This document shows positions 30,643 through 41,000 of a stretch of DNA of 64,000 bases, piece by piece. Both the position numbers and the translations under genes were made by a program. The DNA comes from Lysobacterales bacterium (lineage in GTDB: Bacteria > Pseudomonadota > Gammaproteobacteria > Xanthomonadales > SZUA-5), in contig JALHMH010000010.1 in assembly GCA_022844165.1 (NCBI GenBank), positions 63,950 through 127,949 of the forward strand. Reading direction: 5' to 3'. Each line of letters starts with the position of its first letter. The first letter of the stretch is position 1. Under the pieces are notes generated by a model that made no database searches, was not told the DNA's origin, and worked only from the letters and a program-made list of their open reading frames with translations.

Positions 30643-32757
30643 ATGAGCGTGCAGTTGCGTTGCAGCGTCGTAGTTTGCGTTTACAACGGCGCATCTCGTT
30701 TGCCGATCACGCTAAAGCATCTCGCGGCGCAACAAGGGATGGACAGCGCGCATTGGGAAGTGATCCTGGTCGACAACGCCAGCAACGATGATAGCGGTGC
30801 CACGGCGGCCGCCATCTGGCCAGCACTGAGCGCTGTCACTCCGTTGCGAGTGATGGTCGAATCTCGTCCTGGATTGACGCATGCACGGTCTTGTGGCGTA
30901 GCAGCAGCTCAAGGTGCGGTGATCGTTTTCGTCGACGACGACAACTGGCTTGCGCCGGATTATTTGCACCTTGCCTGTGCCATTCTCGAGAGTCGCCCGG
31001 ACGTTGGAATTTGCGGTGGTCGCGTTGATCCCGCATTCGAAGCGCCGCCGCCACCGTGGTTTCATGATCACCAGAACTGGTTTGCCGTCGGCCGCCAGGC
31101 GCCGCGCAGCGGCGAGGTCGATTGCATCTGGGGTTGTGGCATGGCTGTCCGTGCGCAACTGGCGCGAGAAATGCTGTTGAGCCAGGATGAAGTCCTGCTC
31201 AGCGACCGCATCGGTTCGTCGCTGAGCAGCGGTGGCGATACACAATTGAGTCTTCGTGTGCGTCTGGCGGGCTGGAAGGTATGGTACGCCGAGGAACTCA
31301 GGTTGAAGCATTGGATGCCGGCCACTCGAATGCAGTGGCGCTATCTGGTTCGTCTCGTCTATGCCATCGGCCAGGACGAACAGCACCTCAAACGCTATCG
31401 ACTGGCGCTCCGCCATGGCAGTACGAAGGCCCTGTCGCAAGCACTTCGCAGTTCGCGGCTCCTGTACTTCGTGTGGTCGCTGTTCGCGATTGGCCGGCAC
31501 CTGCTGCTGCGCCCGACCAGCATTTTCCTATGGCGCGAAGACAATCGCCATTCGATTCCACTGCTGTTCCGAGCCGGCAATCTGGTCGGCTTGTTTCGGC
31601 GCACTGCGCCGCCAGCTCAGCATGATGATCGCGAAATCCCGGTTTATGAGGCGCGCACTTTGAGGCTACGAATCGGCCTGGTCTGCACCGCGCCCATCGG
31701 CGCACCTGGAAGCATGTCTGCCTATCGCGAGGTGTTAATGGCGGCATTGTCCGAATTTGCGCCGCAGATAGAGGTAGAGACCGTCCAGCTCGGTCTGCCG
31801 CCGTCTGCCGGTCGATGGCGACAACGATGGCATACCATGAGCATGCCGTTTGCGCTGTATAGACGATCACCACCCGATATCTGGCACATCCTGGATGGAT
31901 CTCGCGCTTATGTCGGATTCGGGCTTCGCTCAGCGCCTGTGGTCATCACGGCTCACGATGTGATTCCAGTGCTACAGGCTGCGCGTGCGTTTCCCGGAGC
32001 ACCACGGGTTGGCCATGCCGCGCGTTGGATGTGGCAAGTTAACGCTGCGGCGATACGTCGCTCAGAGCGGGTTATTTGTGTCAGCCAGTCAACGGCAAAC
32101 GACTTGCGTCAGTCATTCGGATTAGGCTCGGCCGAATTGCCTGTCATAGGTTTGCCGGTGCGCACGACCTTAATGCAGTTCGCGGGCGATTATCAGACTG
32201 CGGCGCGAGACAAGGGACGAATTCTGCACGTCGGTAACAACAGCTTCTATAAATGGCGAGAGCAGGCGCTGAAGGTGTTTGCTCGTTTGCCGGGTCATTG
32301 TCGGCTGACCATGATCGGCCCGAGGCCACCTCGCGAACTTGTAACACTCGTTTCCTCATTAGGCGTTGATGGTCGAGTTTCTTTTGTCGAAGAGCCCTCC
32401 GATCGTGAGCTCGCTGAGCACTACCTTCGTACCGAGTTGTTGATTTTCCCGTCGCGCTACGAAGGGTTCGGATGGCCGGTTCTCGAAGCGATGAGCTTCG
32501 GAGTTCCAGTGGTGGCGAGTAATCGCGGTTCGCTACCGGAAGTGGTTGGCGATGCAGCGGAGACCCTGGATCCTGATGACCTCGATCAATTTGCGGCGGC
32601 AGCTTGCAGACTGCTTGAATGTCCCGTCGCCTGGCAACGGGCGTCCGCACGTGCCTGGAAGCGCGCGCAGTGTTTTGCCATTCGCGATTTCGCCTTGGCC
32701 ATGGCCGGCCAGTACCGGGCTGTGGCCAAACCATCAACGCGAGCGCACTGCACCTAA
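30643..32757 (+). CDS. GT2-GT4 fusion glycosyltransferase
   Basis: N-half VDNAS, FVDDDN, SGGD; C-half PSRYEGFGWPVLEAM; no stop between the domains. Confidence 0.85.
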   Translation: MSVQLRCSVVVCVYNGASRLPITLKHLAAQQGMDSAHWEVILVDNASNDDSGATAAAIWPALSAVTPLRVMVESRPGLTHARSCGVAAAQGAVIVFVDDDNWLAPDYLHLACAILESRPDVGICGGRVDPAFEAPPPPWFHDHQNWFAVGRQAPRSGEVDCIWGCGMAVRAQLAREMLLSQDEVLLSDRIGSSLSSGGDTQLSLRVRLAGWKVWYAEELRLKHWMPATRMQWRYLVRLVYAIGQDEQHLKRYRLALRHGSTKALSQALRSSRLLYFVWSLFAIGRHLLLRPTSIFLWREDNRHSIPLLFRAGNLVGLFRRTAPPAQHDDREIPVYEARTLRLRIGLVCTAPIGAPGSMSAYREVLMAALSEFAPQIEVETVQLGLPPSAGRWRQRWHTMSMPFALYRRSPPDIWHILDGSRAYVGFGLRSAPVVITAHDVIPVLQAARAFPGAPRVGHAARWMWQVNAAAIRRSERVICVSQSTANDLRQSFGLGSAELPVIGLPVRTTLMQFAGDYQTAARDKGRILHVGNNSFYKWREQALKVFARLPGHCRLTMIGPRPPRELVTLVSSLGVDGRVSFVEEPSDRELAEHYLRTELLIFPSRYEGFGWPVLEAMSFGVPVVASNRGSLPEVVGDAAETLDPDDLDQFAAAACRLLECPVAWQRASARAWKRAQCFAIRDFALAMAGQYRAVAKPSTRAHCT

Positions 32758-32861
32758 GCTTGTGCGGTGGTTCAGCATATGATGGCGCTGGGAATGGCGA
32801 TCCCCGTAACGCCAAGTCGCACGAATGATCCTTTAGCCAGCCGATGAATTCCGGACTTTCT

Positions 32862-33683
32862 ATGGCAGGCGAAGTTGCGCGCATCGATTTTGTGATTCCG
32901 TTTCGAGCGCGCACGACAACGACGAATTGGAGGCGAGCTTGCCAGCTGCTCACCGATACGCTGCGTTCCGTCGAGAACTCGTCGGACGCTCGATGGCGTG
33001 CGATCGTCGTCTGCCATGACGAGCCAATCGGCATCCCTTCGGACCGGCAAGTTCTTGTCGTTCGCGCGCCATTCGAACCTCCAGGGCCGGATTCGCAGAA
33101 TCTTGCAACGAAGCGGCGGCTCTTTGTCTGGGAGACGGATAAGGGGCGTAAGCAGTTGGCGGGCGTTGATTTGGTACGTCGTTCTGGGTCAAAGTACTTT
33201 ATGCTGCTGGATGCCGATGACCTTATTTCCTCGCGGCTGGTCGAATGGTGTCTGGCGCGCGATCATCCTGCGGGTTACTTCATCGACGAGGGCTATCGAT
33301 TGGATGACACGAATCGCGATCGCCTCTACTTTCGTCGCCGGTTTTTCCAAGAGTGCGGAAGCAGCTCAATACTGCGAACAACGGTGGCGCCGTTCCCGGC
33401 GAAGCTTGACTACACGCTGGATCTCAATGACAAGTTCACCCGCCGCTACGTCGTTCACGCCTACATTCCGGAAGCCATGGCGGCGTTGGGGCAGCCGATG
33501 GAACGAGTGCCTTTTCCCGCGGCCGTGTATCGATTTCACGATCAGAACATCTTCGCCAACTCAGCCCGAAAAAAAGAATCCTGGCTCAGGCGCCAATTTC
33601 GGAATCTGCTCCGTGGCAGGCTACTTGACTGCCGGCTTCGATCTGAGTTCAGCATCCCCGATGCGCGTGGCCAGGGCGAATAA
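32862..33683 (+). CDS. GT-A fold glycosyltransferase-like protein
   Basis: FVIP start, DKGRK, LLDADD, CGSS; start could be 32844. Confidence 0.65.
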   Translation: MAGEVARIDFVIPFRARTTTTNWRRACQLLTDTLRSVENSSDARWRAIVVCHDEPIGIPSDRQVLVVRAPFEPPGPDSQNLATKRRLFVWETDKGRKQLAGVDLVRRSGSKYFMLLDADDLISSRLVEWCLARDHPAGYFIDEGYRLDDTNRDRLYFRRRFFQECGSSSILRTTVAPFPAKLDYTLDLNDKFTRRYVVHAYIPEAMAALGQPMERVPFPAAVYRFHDQNIFANSARKKESWLRRQFRNLLRGRLLDCRLRSEFSIPDARGQGE

Positions 33684-33709
33684 CGGTTTCTGGCTGATGG
33701 GGCGCTAAG

Positions 33710-35110
33710 ATGGCATTGTGGGGACTGTTGGGGTTGATTGTCGCCAGCGTGTTTGCCACATTCGCGAAATGGCGACTGGCGATACCTGGTGCCATCCTTG
33801 TCGTGGCCTTGCAAGATCCGGTCCGTAAGTTGACACCGGGCACACCCGGATGGATGACACTGCTGGTCGTTCCCTTGGTTGTCGCTGGCCTGATGGCAAT
33901 GTTCGCAACAGTGCCTGACGTCTGGCGCCGGTTCGCGCGCAATAATCCGAAGATCGCCCAAATGCTTGCGCTCCTCGTGTTGTTATCGATTCCATCGATC
34001 ATCATTTCCCTGACCTTCGGACCTGGGAGCTGGCAGTTCACTTTCTTAGGCGTGTTTTCCTACTCGATCATTTTTCTATCTGTACTACTTGGCTACTTTT
34101 ATGCGCGAGATATCGAAACAGCGCTCAACCTGTTGGCGACCTATTGCCTGATACATGGGGTCGTACTGATCGGTGCTTTGGTCGAATATTTGGATCTTTG
34201 GCCAGGCGCACAGATCATTGGTTCCCATGCACTAGGCTACGAGTGGATTCGTTGGATCCCCGGTTACACCGTGGAGATGATCTCTGGCTTTTACCGAAGC
34301 TCCGATGTCATGGGCTGGCACGCCGCCATGGTCTGTATGTTGTCGGTCACACTAGCCATAGCAAAGTCTGGCAAAGCCCGTTTTTTCTGGGTTCTCGTGA
34401 GTGCCTGGGCCGTACTTGCTCTGCTGCTTTGCGGCCGCCGTAAAATGGTTTACATGCTGCCGATCTTTATTCTCGTTCTGACCTGGATTTACTTCTCTGC
34501 AGGTCGAGCTTCGCGAGTATTGCCTATGATCGGCTTTTTGATCGTGCCGGCGGCATCGGTGTTGGTGACCAGCGATATGTTGGGCGAGAACACGGCGAAC
34601 ATCCGCTACTACACGTCGGCGAATGAGGGCGATAGCACCCTTGATCGCCTCCAGTCGCACGGGTTGGGCGAGATTCTTGAAACCTACCGGCAAATGGGCT
34701 TTTTCGGCGCAGGACTTGGTTTCGGTACGCCAGGCTCGCATCACATTAACGCCAATCGGCCCAGGGTGTGGCAAGAAAGCGGTCCCGGTCGCGTGATGGC
34801 GGAACTCGGAGTGCCGGGTTTCTTGTGCTTTCTCGCCACTTTGGCGGCCATCGGGGTTGTGATGTGGCGAGTGACCCGAACCTGGTTGATTGCTCGTACC
34901 CGTGAGGGCGTTCTTTGCGCATGCCTGATGTCGGTCGCCGTGGCCAATCTCGGTAGCCTGACGATTTCCGGCCAGATTCTGGCGGACGTGTTTGTCGTTG
35001 TGTTTCTCGGATTTCTGGTCGGCCTGGTGCTGAGTTTTGGTCGGCGCGATCTTGTGGAGCTGGTTTTGCAGCGAAACCAGGGGCGCTCTTTGCCAGCCTT
35101 CGCCGAATGA
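33710..35110 (+). CDS. Polytopic membrane protein, Wzy/WaaL-like polymerase or ligase
   Basis: Many hydrophobic segments, GRRK, loop with GAGLGFG and ELGVPG. Confidence 0.65.
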   Translation: MALWGLLGLIVASVFATFAKWRLAIPGAILVVALQDPVRKLTPGTPGWMTLLVVPLVVAGLMAMFATVPDVWRRFARNNPKIAQMLALLVLLSIPSIIISLTFGPGSWQFTFLGVFSYSIIFLSVLLGYFYARDIETALNLLATYCLIHGVVLIGALVEYLDLWPGAQIIGSHALGYEWIRWIPGYTVEMISGFYRSSDVMGWHAAMVCMLSVTLAIAKSGKARFFWVLVSAWAVLALLLCGRRKMVYMLPIFILVLTWIYFSAGRASRVLPMIGFLIVPAASVLVTSDMLGENTANIRYYTSANEGDSTLDRLQSHGLGEILETYRQMGFFGAGLGFGTPGSHHINANRPRVWQESGPGRVMAELGVPGFLCFLATLAAIGVVMWRVTRTWLIARTREGVLCACLMSVAVANLGSLTISGQILADVFVVVFLGFLVGLVLSFGRRDLVELVLQRNQGRSLPAFAE

Positions 35111-35655
35111 GCCTCGACATCGAAGGCAATCGCGGCGCCCGCCCATATCGGTCCCGAGAATACGTTGCACGTGTGCTCTGGGCCCTCGCTTATCCGTTGT
35201 TCCGCTGGTCCCCTCGGGTGCTGTTCGGCTGGCGAGCGTTTTTGCTGCGCAGATTCGGTGCGCGGGTTGGGCGGCAGGTTCACGTCTATCCGCGGGCTGC
35301 GATTGAGCTGCCTTGGATGTTGGACATCGGCGAATTCAGCAGCGTTGCCGACGGTGTGCGCATCTATAACCTCGGGCTGGTTCGTATCGGTGCGCGCAGC
35401 ACGATTTCCTTCGGCGCCCACGTCTGCGCTGGAACACACGACTACGAAAGTGCGGCCTTTCCGTTGCAAAGACTACCGATCGATATCGGTCACGATGTCT
35501 GGATTTGTGCCGACGCGTTCCTGGCGCCAGGCGTAACGATTGGCGATGGTGCCGTCGTCGCCGCACGCGCAGTGGTGGTCGATGTGGTCCCCGCGTGGAC
35601 CGTTGTGGCCGGACATCCGGCCCGAGTGGTCAAGCAGCGAGCCATCTTGCCTTGA
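35107..35655 (+). CDS. wcaF: WcaF-like polysaccharide acetyltransferase
   Basis: LLRRFGA, PWML, CAGTHDY, VWI, GHPA. Confidence 0.85.
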   Translation: MSLDIEGNRGARPYRSREYVARVLWALAYPLFRWSPRVLFGWRAFLLRRFGARVGRQVHVYPRAAIELPWMLDIGEFSSVADGVRIYNLGLVRIGARSTISFGAHVCAGTHDYESAAFPLQRLPIDIGHDVWICADAFLAPGVTIGDGAVVAARAVVVDVVPAWTVVAGHPARVVKQRAILP

Positions 35656-35710
35656 CGAACCACGGGCTCGTCTGCCGGGTGTTCGCCGTGCGCGACAATG
35701 CGAAGGCGTC

Positions 35711-36544
35711 TTGCCTGTGATATCGATTGTCGTGCTGACATTGAATGAGGCGGAAAATCTGCCGCGATGCCTGGCGAGTGTGTCGTTCTCTGACGATGTG
35801 CTTGTGCTCGACTCTGGTAGCAGCGATGCGACTGTCGAAATTGCTCGTAAGTTCGGCGCTCGAGTCGCCACGCGGAGCTTCGATTCTTTTGCCCAACAGC
35901 GCAACGCGGCCATGGCGATGGAGTTACGGCATCCTTGGGTGCTGCATCTGGATGCCGATGAGGTGGTCACACCGGCTTTGGCGCACGAGTTGATTGAAAT
36001 TGCGAGTGCGCAGGAGTCCAGCCCGGTTGCCTTTCGAGTCGCATCGCGACTGATGTTTCGCGGCGCGTGGCTGAAGCACGCCGGCATGTTTCCAGCGTAT
36101 CAGGTTCGTTTCGGGCGTCAAACTGTGTTGCGCTTCATCGATGTCGGTCACGGCCAGCGCGAAGCTGAAAACATCGGATCGATCGGCACCCTGAATTACC
36201 CTCTGGTGCACTACAATTTCTCGCGCGGGATCGGCGATTGGTTCGAGCGGCATCTGCGGTACGCGAAGCTCGAAGCGCAGCGCGCTGCATTGCGGGAAAC
36301 GCCAAGTCTGGCGGGGTTGTTGGGGCCGGATCCGGTGGCGCGGCGGCGTTCGCTGAAACGACTCGCTGATCGACTGCCGGCGAGGCCGCTGTTGCGCTTT
36401 CTTTACTGCTATCTGCTTCGGCGCGGATTTCTCGATGGTCGCGCCGGGTTCCACTACGCATGCATGATGGCCATCTACCAGTATTTCATCGACCAACATG
36501 TCATCGAGCAAGCGCTCAAAAAGGACGCAAATGACAGTATCTAA
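35711..36544 (+). CDS. GT2 glycosyltransferase
   Basis: LTLNE, DSGSSD, QRN, HLDADE, GFLDG; start 35711 or 35717. Confidence 0.9.
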   Translation: MPVISIVVLTLNEAENLPRCLASVSFSDDVLVLDSGSSDATVEIARKFGARVATRSFDSFAQQRNAAMAMELRHPWVLHLDADEVVTPALAHELIEIASAQESSPVAFRVASRLMFRGAWLKHAGMFPAYQVRFGRQTVLRFIDVGHGQREAENIGSIGTLNYPLVHYNFSRGIGDWFERHLRYAKLEAQRAALRETPSLAGLLGPDPVARRRSLKRLADRLPARPLLRFLYCYLLRRGFLDGRAGFHYACMMAIYQYFIDQHVIEQALKKDANDSI

Positions 36545-37652
36545 AAAGGTGGCGCTGTTGACCGGCGTCACCGGCCAGGACGGCGCGTACTTATCGGAGT
36601 TGCTGCTGAGCAAGGGTTACATCGTGCACGGCATCAAGCGTCGTGCCTCATTGTTCAACACCCATCGTATCGATCACATCTATCAAGATCCGCACACCGA
36701 TGATCGCAACTTCATCTTGCATTACGGCGATCTGACCGATTCGACCAATTTGATTCGCATCATCCAATTGGTGCAACCGGACGAGATCTACAACCTTGGT
36801 GCGCAGAGCCATGTGGCGGTATCGTTTGAGAGCCCGGAATACACGGCCAACTGCGATGCGCTCGGCACGTTGCGGCTTCTGGAGGCCATTCGCATTCTGG
36901 GGCTGGAGGGAAAGACGCGAATCTACCAGGCATCCACATCGGAAATGTTCGGCAAAGTGGCAGAGGTGCCGCAACGCGAGACAACGCCGTTTTATCCGCG
37001 CTCGCCCTATGGCGCTGCCAAGGTCTACGCGTACTGGATTACGGTCAATTATCGCGAGTCGTATGGCTTGTATGCCTGCAACGGCATCCTCTTCAACCAT
37101 GAGTCGCCATGGCGCGGCGAGACGTTCGTGACGCGCAAGATCACGCGCGCATTGGCCCGTATCAGTCTTGGGTTGCAAGACCGGCTGTACTTGGGAAATC
37201 TCGAGGCCCTGCGCGACTGGGGGCACGCGCGCGACTACGTCCAGGCAATGTGGCTCATGCTGCAGCAGCCGCAGGCCGAGGACTACGTAATCGCAACAGG
37301 CGAGCAGCATTCTGTGCGCGAGTTCGTCGAATTGGCGTGCCGGGAACTCGGCATCGTGATTGAGTGGCAGGGGAGTGGCGACCAGGAGATCGGCGTGGTG
37401 GCGCAATCGACCGAGCGGTCACGCGTACGGCAGGGGCAGGCGATTGTCGCCGTAGACCCTCGTTACCGCCGGCCCGCGGAGGTCGACACCTTGCTCGGCG
37501 ACGCGAGCAAAGCGCGGCGGCAACTCGGCTGGCAGCCGCAAACGAGTTTCGAATCGTTGGTGGCAGAAATGATCCGGGAAGACGTTCGTTCCGCCGAGCG
37601 TGACGAAGTCGTCCGCAAGGCCGGATATCGCGCCTTCGATCATCACGAGTAG
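36531..37652 (+). CDS. gmd: GDP-mannose 4,6-dehydratase
   Basis: [36 protein letters not shown]. Confidence 0.97.
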   Translation: MTVSKKVALLTGVTGQDGAYLSELLLSKGYIVHGIKRRASLFNTHRIDHIYQDPHTDDRNFILHYGDLTDSTNLIRIIQLVQPDEIYNLGAQSHVAVSFESPEYTANCDALGTLRLLEAIRILGLEGKTRIYQASTSEMFGKVAEVPQRETTPFYPRSPYGAAKVYAYWITVNYRESYGLYACNGILFNHESPWRGETFVTRKITRALARISLGLQDRLYLGNLEALRDWGHARDYVQAMWLMLQQPQAEDYVIATGEQHSVREFVELACRELGIVIEWQGSGDQEIGVVAQSTERSRVRQGQAIVAVDPRYRRPAEVDTLLGDASKARRQLGWQPQTSFESLVAEMIREDVRSAERDEVVRKAGYRAFDHHE

Positions 37653-37657
37653 CCGCA

Positions 37658-38596
37658 ATGGATGGTCGCTTTCGAAAAGTATTCGTCGCCGGACACAAAG
37701 GTCTCGTCGGCAGTGCGATCGTGCGTCGCCTTGAGCGCGATGGCATCGAGCCTTTGGTTGTAGATCGCCATGCGCTCGATCTTCGGGATCAGCGCGCAGT
37801 GGACCAGTGGTTTGCGAAGGCGCGGCCCGATGCGGTCATACTCGCGGCCGCGAAAGTCGGCGGCATCCACGCCAACAACACCCGTCCGGTTGAGTTTCTG
37901 CTCGATAACCTACGAATTCAAAACGCCGTGATTCCCGCCGCTCACGCGCATGGCGTGCGCAAACTGGTGTTTCTTGGATCGTCGTGCATTTATCCCAAGT
38001 TGGCGCCTCAGCCGATCCAGGAAAGTGCTCTGCTCACCGGCCCACTCGAGCCTACTAACGACGCATACGCGCTCGCCAAAATCGCCGGCATCCGCCTCTG
38101 CCAGGCGTATCGCCAGCAGCATGCATTCGAAGCCATCTCGTTGATGCCGACCAATTTGTACGGGCCCAACGACAATTTCCATCCCATCGACTCGCATGTC
38201 TTGCCGGGTCTGATTCGCCGGTTCCACGAAGCGCAGAACGCGGGCGCTGAGCGGATCGTGATCTGGGGCAGTGGCACGCCGCGTCGCGAGTTTCTGCATG
38301 TCGATGATCTGGCTGATGCCTGCATTTTCTTGCTGGCGAACTACGATTCGGGCGAGGTCATCAACGTCGGCGTTGGGAAGGACATTTCGATACTCGAGCT
38401 GGCCCAGTTGATCGCCAAGATCGTGGGCTTTCGGGGCACAATCGAGCACGATTTGAGCAAGCCAGACGGCACACCTCGCAAACTGCTGGACGTGGGCAAA
38501 TTGTCGGCGCTGGGATGGACCGCGCGAATCGGCCTGGAAGAAGGCATCGCCGAAACCTACCGCTGGTTTTGCGCACACGTAGGATCGGTGCGATGA
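37658..38596 (+). CDS. fcl: GDP-L-fucose synthase
   Basis: GHKGLVG, AAAKVGGI, GSSCIYP, MPTNLYG, KPDG. Confidence 0.96.
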   Translation: MDGRFRKVFVAGHKGLVGSAIVRRLERDGIEPLVVDRHALDLRDQRAVDQWFAKARPDAVILAAAKVGGIHANNTRPVEFLLDNLRIQNAVIPAAHAHGVRKLVFLGSSCIYPKLAPQPIQESALLTGPLEPTNDAYALAKIAGIRLCQAYRQQHAFEAISLMPTNLYGPNDNFHPIDSHVLPGLIRRFHEAQNAGAERIVIWGSGTPRREFLHVDDLADACIFLLANYDSGEVINVGVGKDISILELAQLIAKIVGFRGTIEHDLSKPDGTPRKLLDVGKLSALGWTARIGLEEGIAETYRWFCAHVGSVR

Positions 38597-39567
38597 AGGT
38601 GCTGGTCGTCGGTGGCGCTGGTTACATCGGTGCGCATATGGTTCGCTGGCTGGTCGACCATGCGATTACGGTCGAGGTTCTGGACAACCTGAGCACCGGG
38701 CATCGAGCAGCGATCCCGGATGGCATTCATCTGCATCAGGTGGATTTGCGGGAGCGTCAGGCGACAGAGAGCGCATTGCAGGCGATTCGGCCCGATGTCG
38801 TTTTTCACTTCGCTGCGAAAGCTCTCGTCGGCGAGTCCGTCAGTCGACCGATTGAGTACTACGAAAACAACTTTGTCGGTACTTTGAACCTTCTGCTGGC
38901 CATGCGCGCAGCCGCTTGCCGCCGCATTGTATTTTCATCGACCTGCGCTGTTTACGGTATCCCGAAAACCGAGAACCTCGACGAGCAACATCCGCGCGAG
39001 CCCATTAACCCCTATGGCGCGAGTAAGTTAGCTTGTGAGGATCTGCTGAGGGATTGCGCTGCGGCCGGCGACGTGTCGGCGGTCGCTCTGCGTTACTTCA
39101 ACGCCGCTGGCGCGCATCCCAGCGGTACGATTGGCGAGGCGCACGAGCCGGAAACGCACCTGATACCCAACGCAATCCGTGCCGCATTGGGTCAGCTACC
39201 AACGTTGGCGATCCATGGCACGGACTATCCAACGCCCGACGGCACTTGCATTCGCGACTACATCCACGTTGAAGATCTGGCTTCGGCACATGCGCTTGCC
39301 ATGCGCTGGCTTGAGAAAAACGAAGGCTGGCAGGCCATCAACCTGGGTACAGAACTTGGCAGCAGTGTTTTCCAGGTGCTTGCGCTGGTCGAAGAACTCA
39401 GTGGCAAAGTGGTGCCTTGTCAGAGGACGGTTCGCCGGCCAGGTGATCCGCCGCGACTGGTCGCCAGTGCGGTGCTGGCGCGCAAGTGTTTAGGGTGGCG
39501 CCCACGCCACGATTTGCGATCGATCCTCGAGTCCGCGTGGCGTTGGCACCGGTCGCCTCGATATTGA
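38593..39567 (+). CDS. galE: Second UDP-glucose 4-epimerase
   Basis: GGAGYIG, PINPYGASK, ETHLIP, DGTCIRDYIHV. Confidence 0.93.
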   Translation: MKVLVVGGAGYIGAHMVRWLVDHAITVEVLDNLSTGHRAAIPDGIHLHQVDLRERQATESALQAIRPDVVFHFAAKALVGESVSRPIEYYENNFVGTLNLLLAMRAAACRRIVFSSTCAVYGIPKTENLDEQHPREPINPYGASKLACEDLLRDCAAAGDVSAVALRYFNAAGAHPSGTIGEAHEPETHLIPNAIRAALGQLPTLAIHGTDYPTPDGTCIRDYIHVEDLASAHALAMRWLEKNEGWQAINLGTELGSSVFQVLALVEELSGKVVPCQRTVRRPGDPPRLVASAVLARKCLGWRPRHDLRSILESAWRWHRSPRY

Positions 39568-39711
39568 GTCGCTTAAGAGAACAGTTTCTTGTTTCGTTCA
39601 AATCCGGAACCGAAACATCTGGGCCCATGCGACAAGCTTTTTCGAATCAACCTGTGTATCCACTGAGATTGTTGCAATGTGCGCATTTTTGGAATACGGC
39701 CGATATTTCGC

Positions 39712-39741
39712 TTGAATCTACCGGTTATTGACCCCCAGAAT
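39712..39741 (+). promoter_or_regulatory. Possible sigma70 promoter for wecA
   Basis: TTGAAT-18 bp-CAGAAT in an AT-rich intergenic region. Confidence 0.3.
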
Positions 39742-39782
39742 ACGCGGAGCCGACATCTTTTCGCGGGTCGTAAAGGGGATTC

Positions 39783-40853
39783 ATGTCGACGCTCTATCTA
39801 GTGTCGCTGGCGGGTGTGGTCTCGTTCATCACGACGGCGCTGTTAGTTCGCACCGCTCCAGTCATCGGCCTGTTGGATCATCCCATTGCCGATCGAAAAT
39901 CCCATGACGCGCCGACGCCAGTGGTGGGCGGGCTAGGGATTTTAGCTGGCCTGATTGTATTCCCGGCATTCGCCGGTGTGCTGGACAACGCGCAGTGGTT
40001 TTGGCTGCTCAGCGCTGCCGTGCTATTGGCGGCCATTGGTGTGGCAGATGATCGCTATGACCTCCGATGGTATTGGCGCATAGCGGCCCAGGTGTTGGCC
40101 GCGTTGCTCATCGCGATTCCAGGGCAGACATCGATTCAAAGCTTGGGCGCGAGTACCTATTTGTCGCTTGAATTAGGTAGTTGGGCGTTGCCGTTCACAA
40201 TATTCGCGGTGGTCGGCGTGATCAACGCGACGAACATGATTGATGGCATGGATGGCTTGGCTGGGACCATGGCTTTGGTCTCGCTGCTTGCGATGGCGCT
40301 GATCGCATCCGAACCTCAGCTGAGCCAGTTTTTGTGGGCGACCGTGGCGATGCTTCTTGCGTTCCTGGCCTTCAATCTCAGGCGACCGGGATTGCCCAGG
40401 GCTGCATGCTTTTTGGGCAATAGCGGTAGTGCCATCGTTGGTTTGGTTCTGGCCTGGTCGGCAATTCGGTTGACGGCAAGCGGAGACCCCAGCCCGTCCA
40501 TCGCGCCCTGGCTTGTTGCGCTGCCAATCCTCGATTGTCTGATTCAGATCGCACGCCGGCTGCTGAACCGTCGTTCGCCTTTTTCGGCGGATTCTGGTCA
40601 TTTACACCATTTGTTGACCAATCACGGATGGAGCGTGGGCGCGACGGTGGCTGTTCTGGTCGGGATGCACGTGGCGTTCGTGTGCGTTGGTATTGGGTTC
40701 GCCTACGCTGGCTCAGACGCGTTGTATCCGATTTCTGGGTTCATTTCGCTATTGCCGTTGTTGGGACTTGGGTACTGGGCGCTGAATCGACATCCGATGG
40801 CTGATGATGCAATCAACCTGACGTTGGCCTCGGACCTCACGAGCCGCCGATAG
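39783..40853 (+). CDS. wecA: MraY/WecA-family polyprenyl-phosphate sugar-1-phosphate transferase
   Basis: RKSH..PTP.VGG, DDRYD, NMIDGMDG, FLGNSG, D..HLHH. Confidence 0.9.
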   Translation: MSTLYLVSLAGVVSFITTALLVRTAPVIGLLDHPIADRKSHDAPTPVVGGLGILAGLIVFPAFAGVLDNAQWFWLLSAAVLLAAIGVADDRYDLRWYWRIAAQVLAALLIAIPGQTSIQSLGASTYLSLELGSWALPFTIFAVVGVINATNMIDGMDGLAGTMALVSLLAMALIASEPQLSQFLWATVAMLLAFLAFNLRRPGLPRAACFLGNSGSAIVGLVLAWSAIRLTASGDPSPSIAPWLVALPILDCLIQIARRLLNRRSPFSADSGHLHHLLTNHGWSVGATVAVLVGMHVAFVCVGIGFAYAGSDALYPISGFISLLPLLGLGYWALNRHPMADDAINLTLASDLTSRR

Positions 40854-40940
40854 CGAGTTTAATTTGTAACAACACGCAACAGTTGGCGTTATTCAGCGTT
40901 CAATTCAGTGGAGCGCTAACGTCGGAATTTCGGCATGTTG

Positions 40941-40969
40941 TTGACCCTTGCTGTGCGCAAGGCTAACCT
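40941..40969 (+). promoter_or_regulatory. Probable sigma70 promoter for the C25 gene
   Basis: TTGACC-17 bp-TAACCT; RBS GAGGGG before ATG 41001. Confidence 0.5.
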
Positions 40970-41000
40970 TGGCTTAGGTTTGTATGAGGGGATTCGGATC

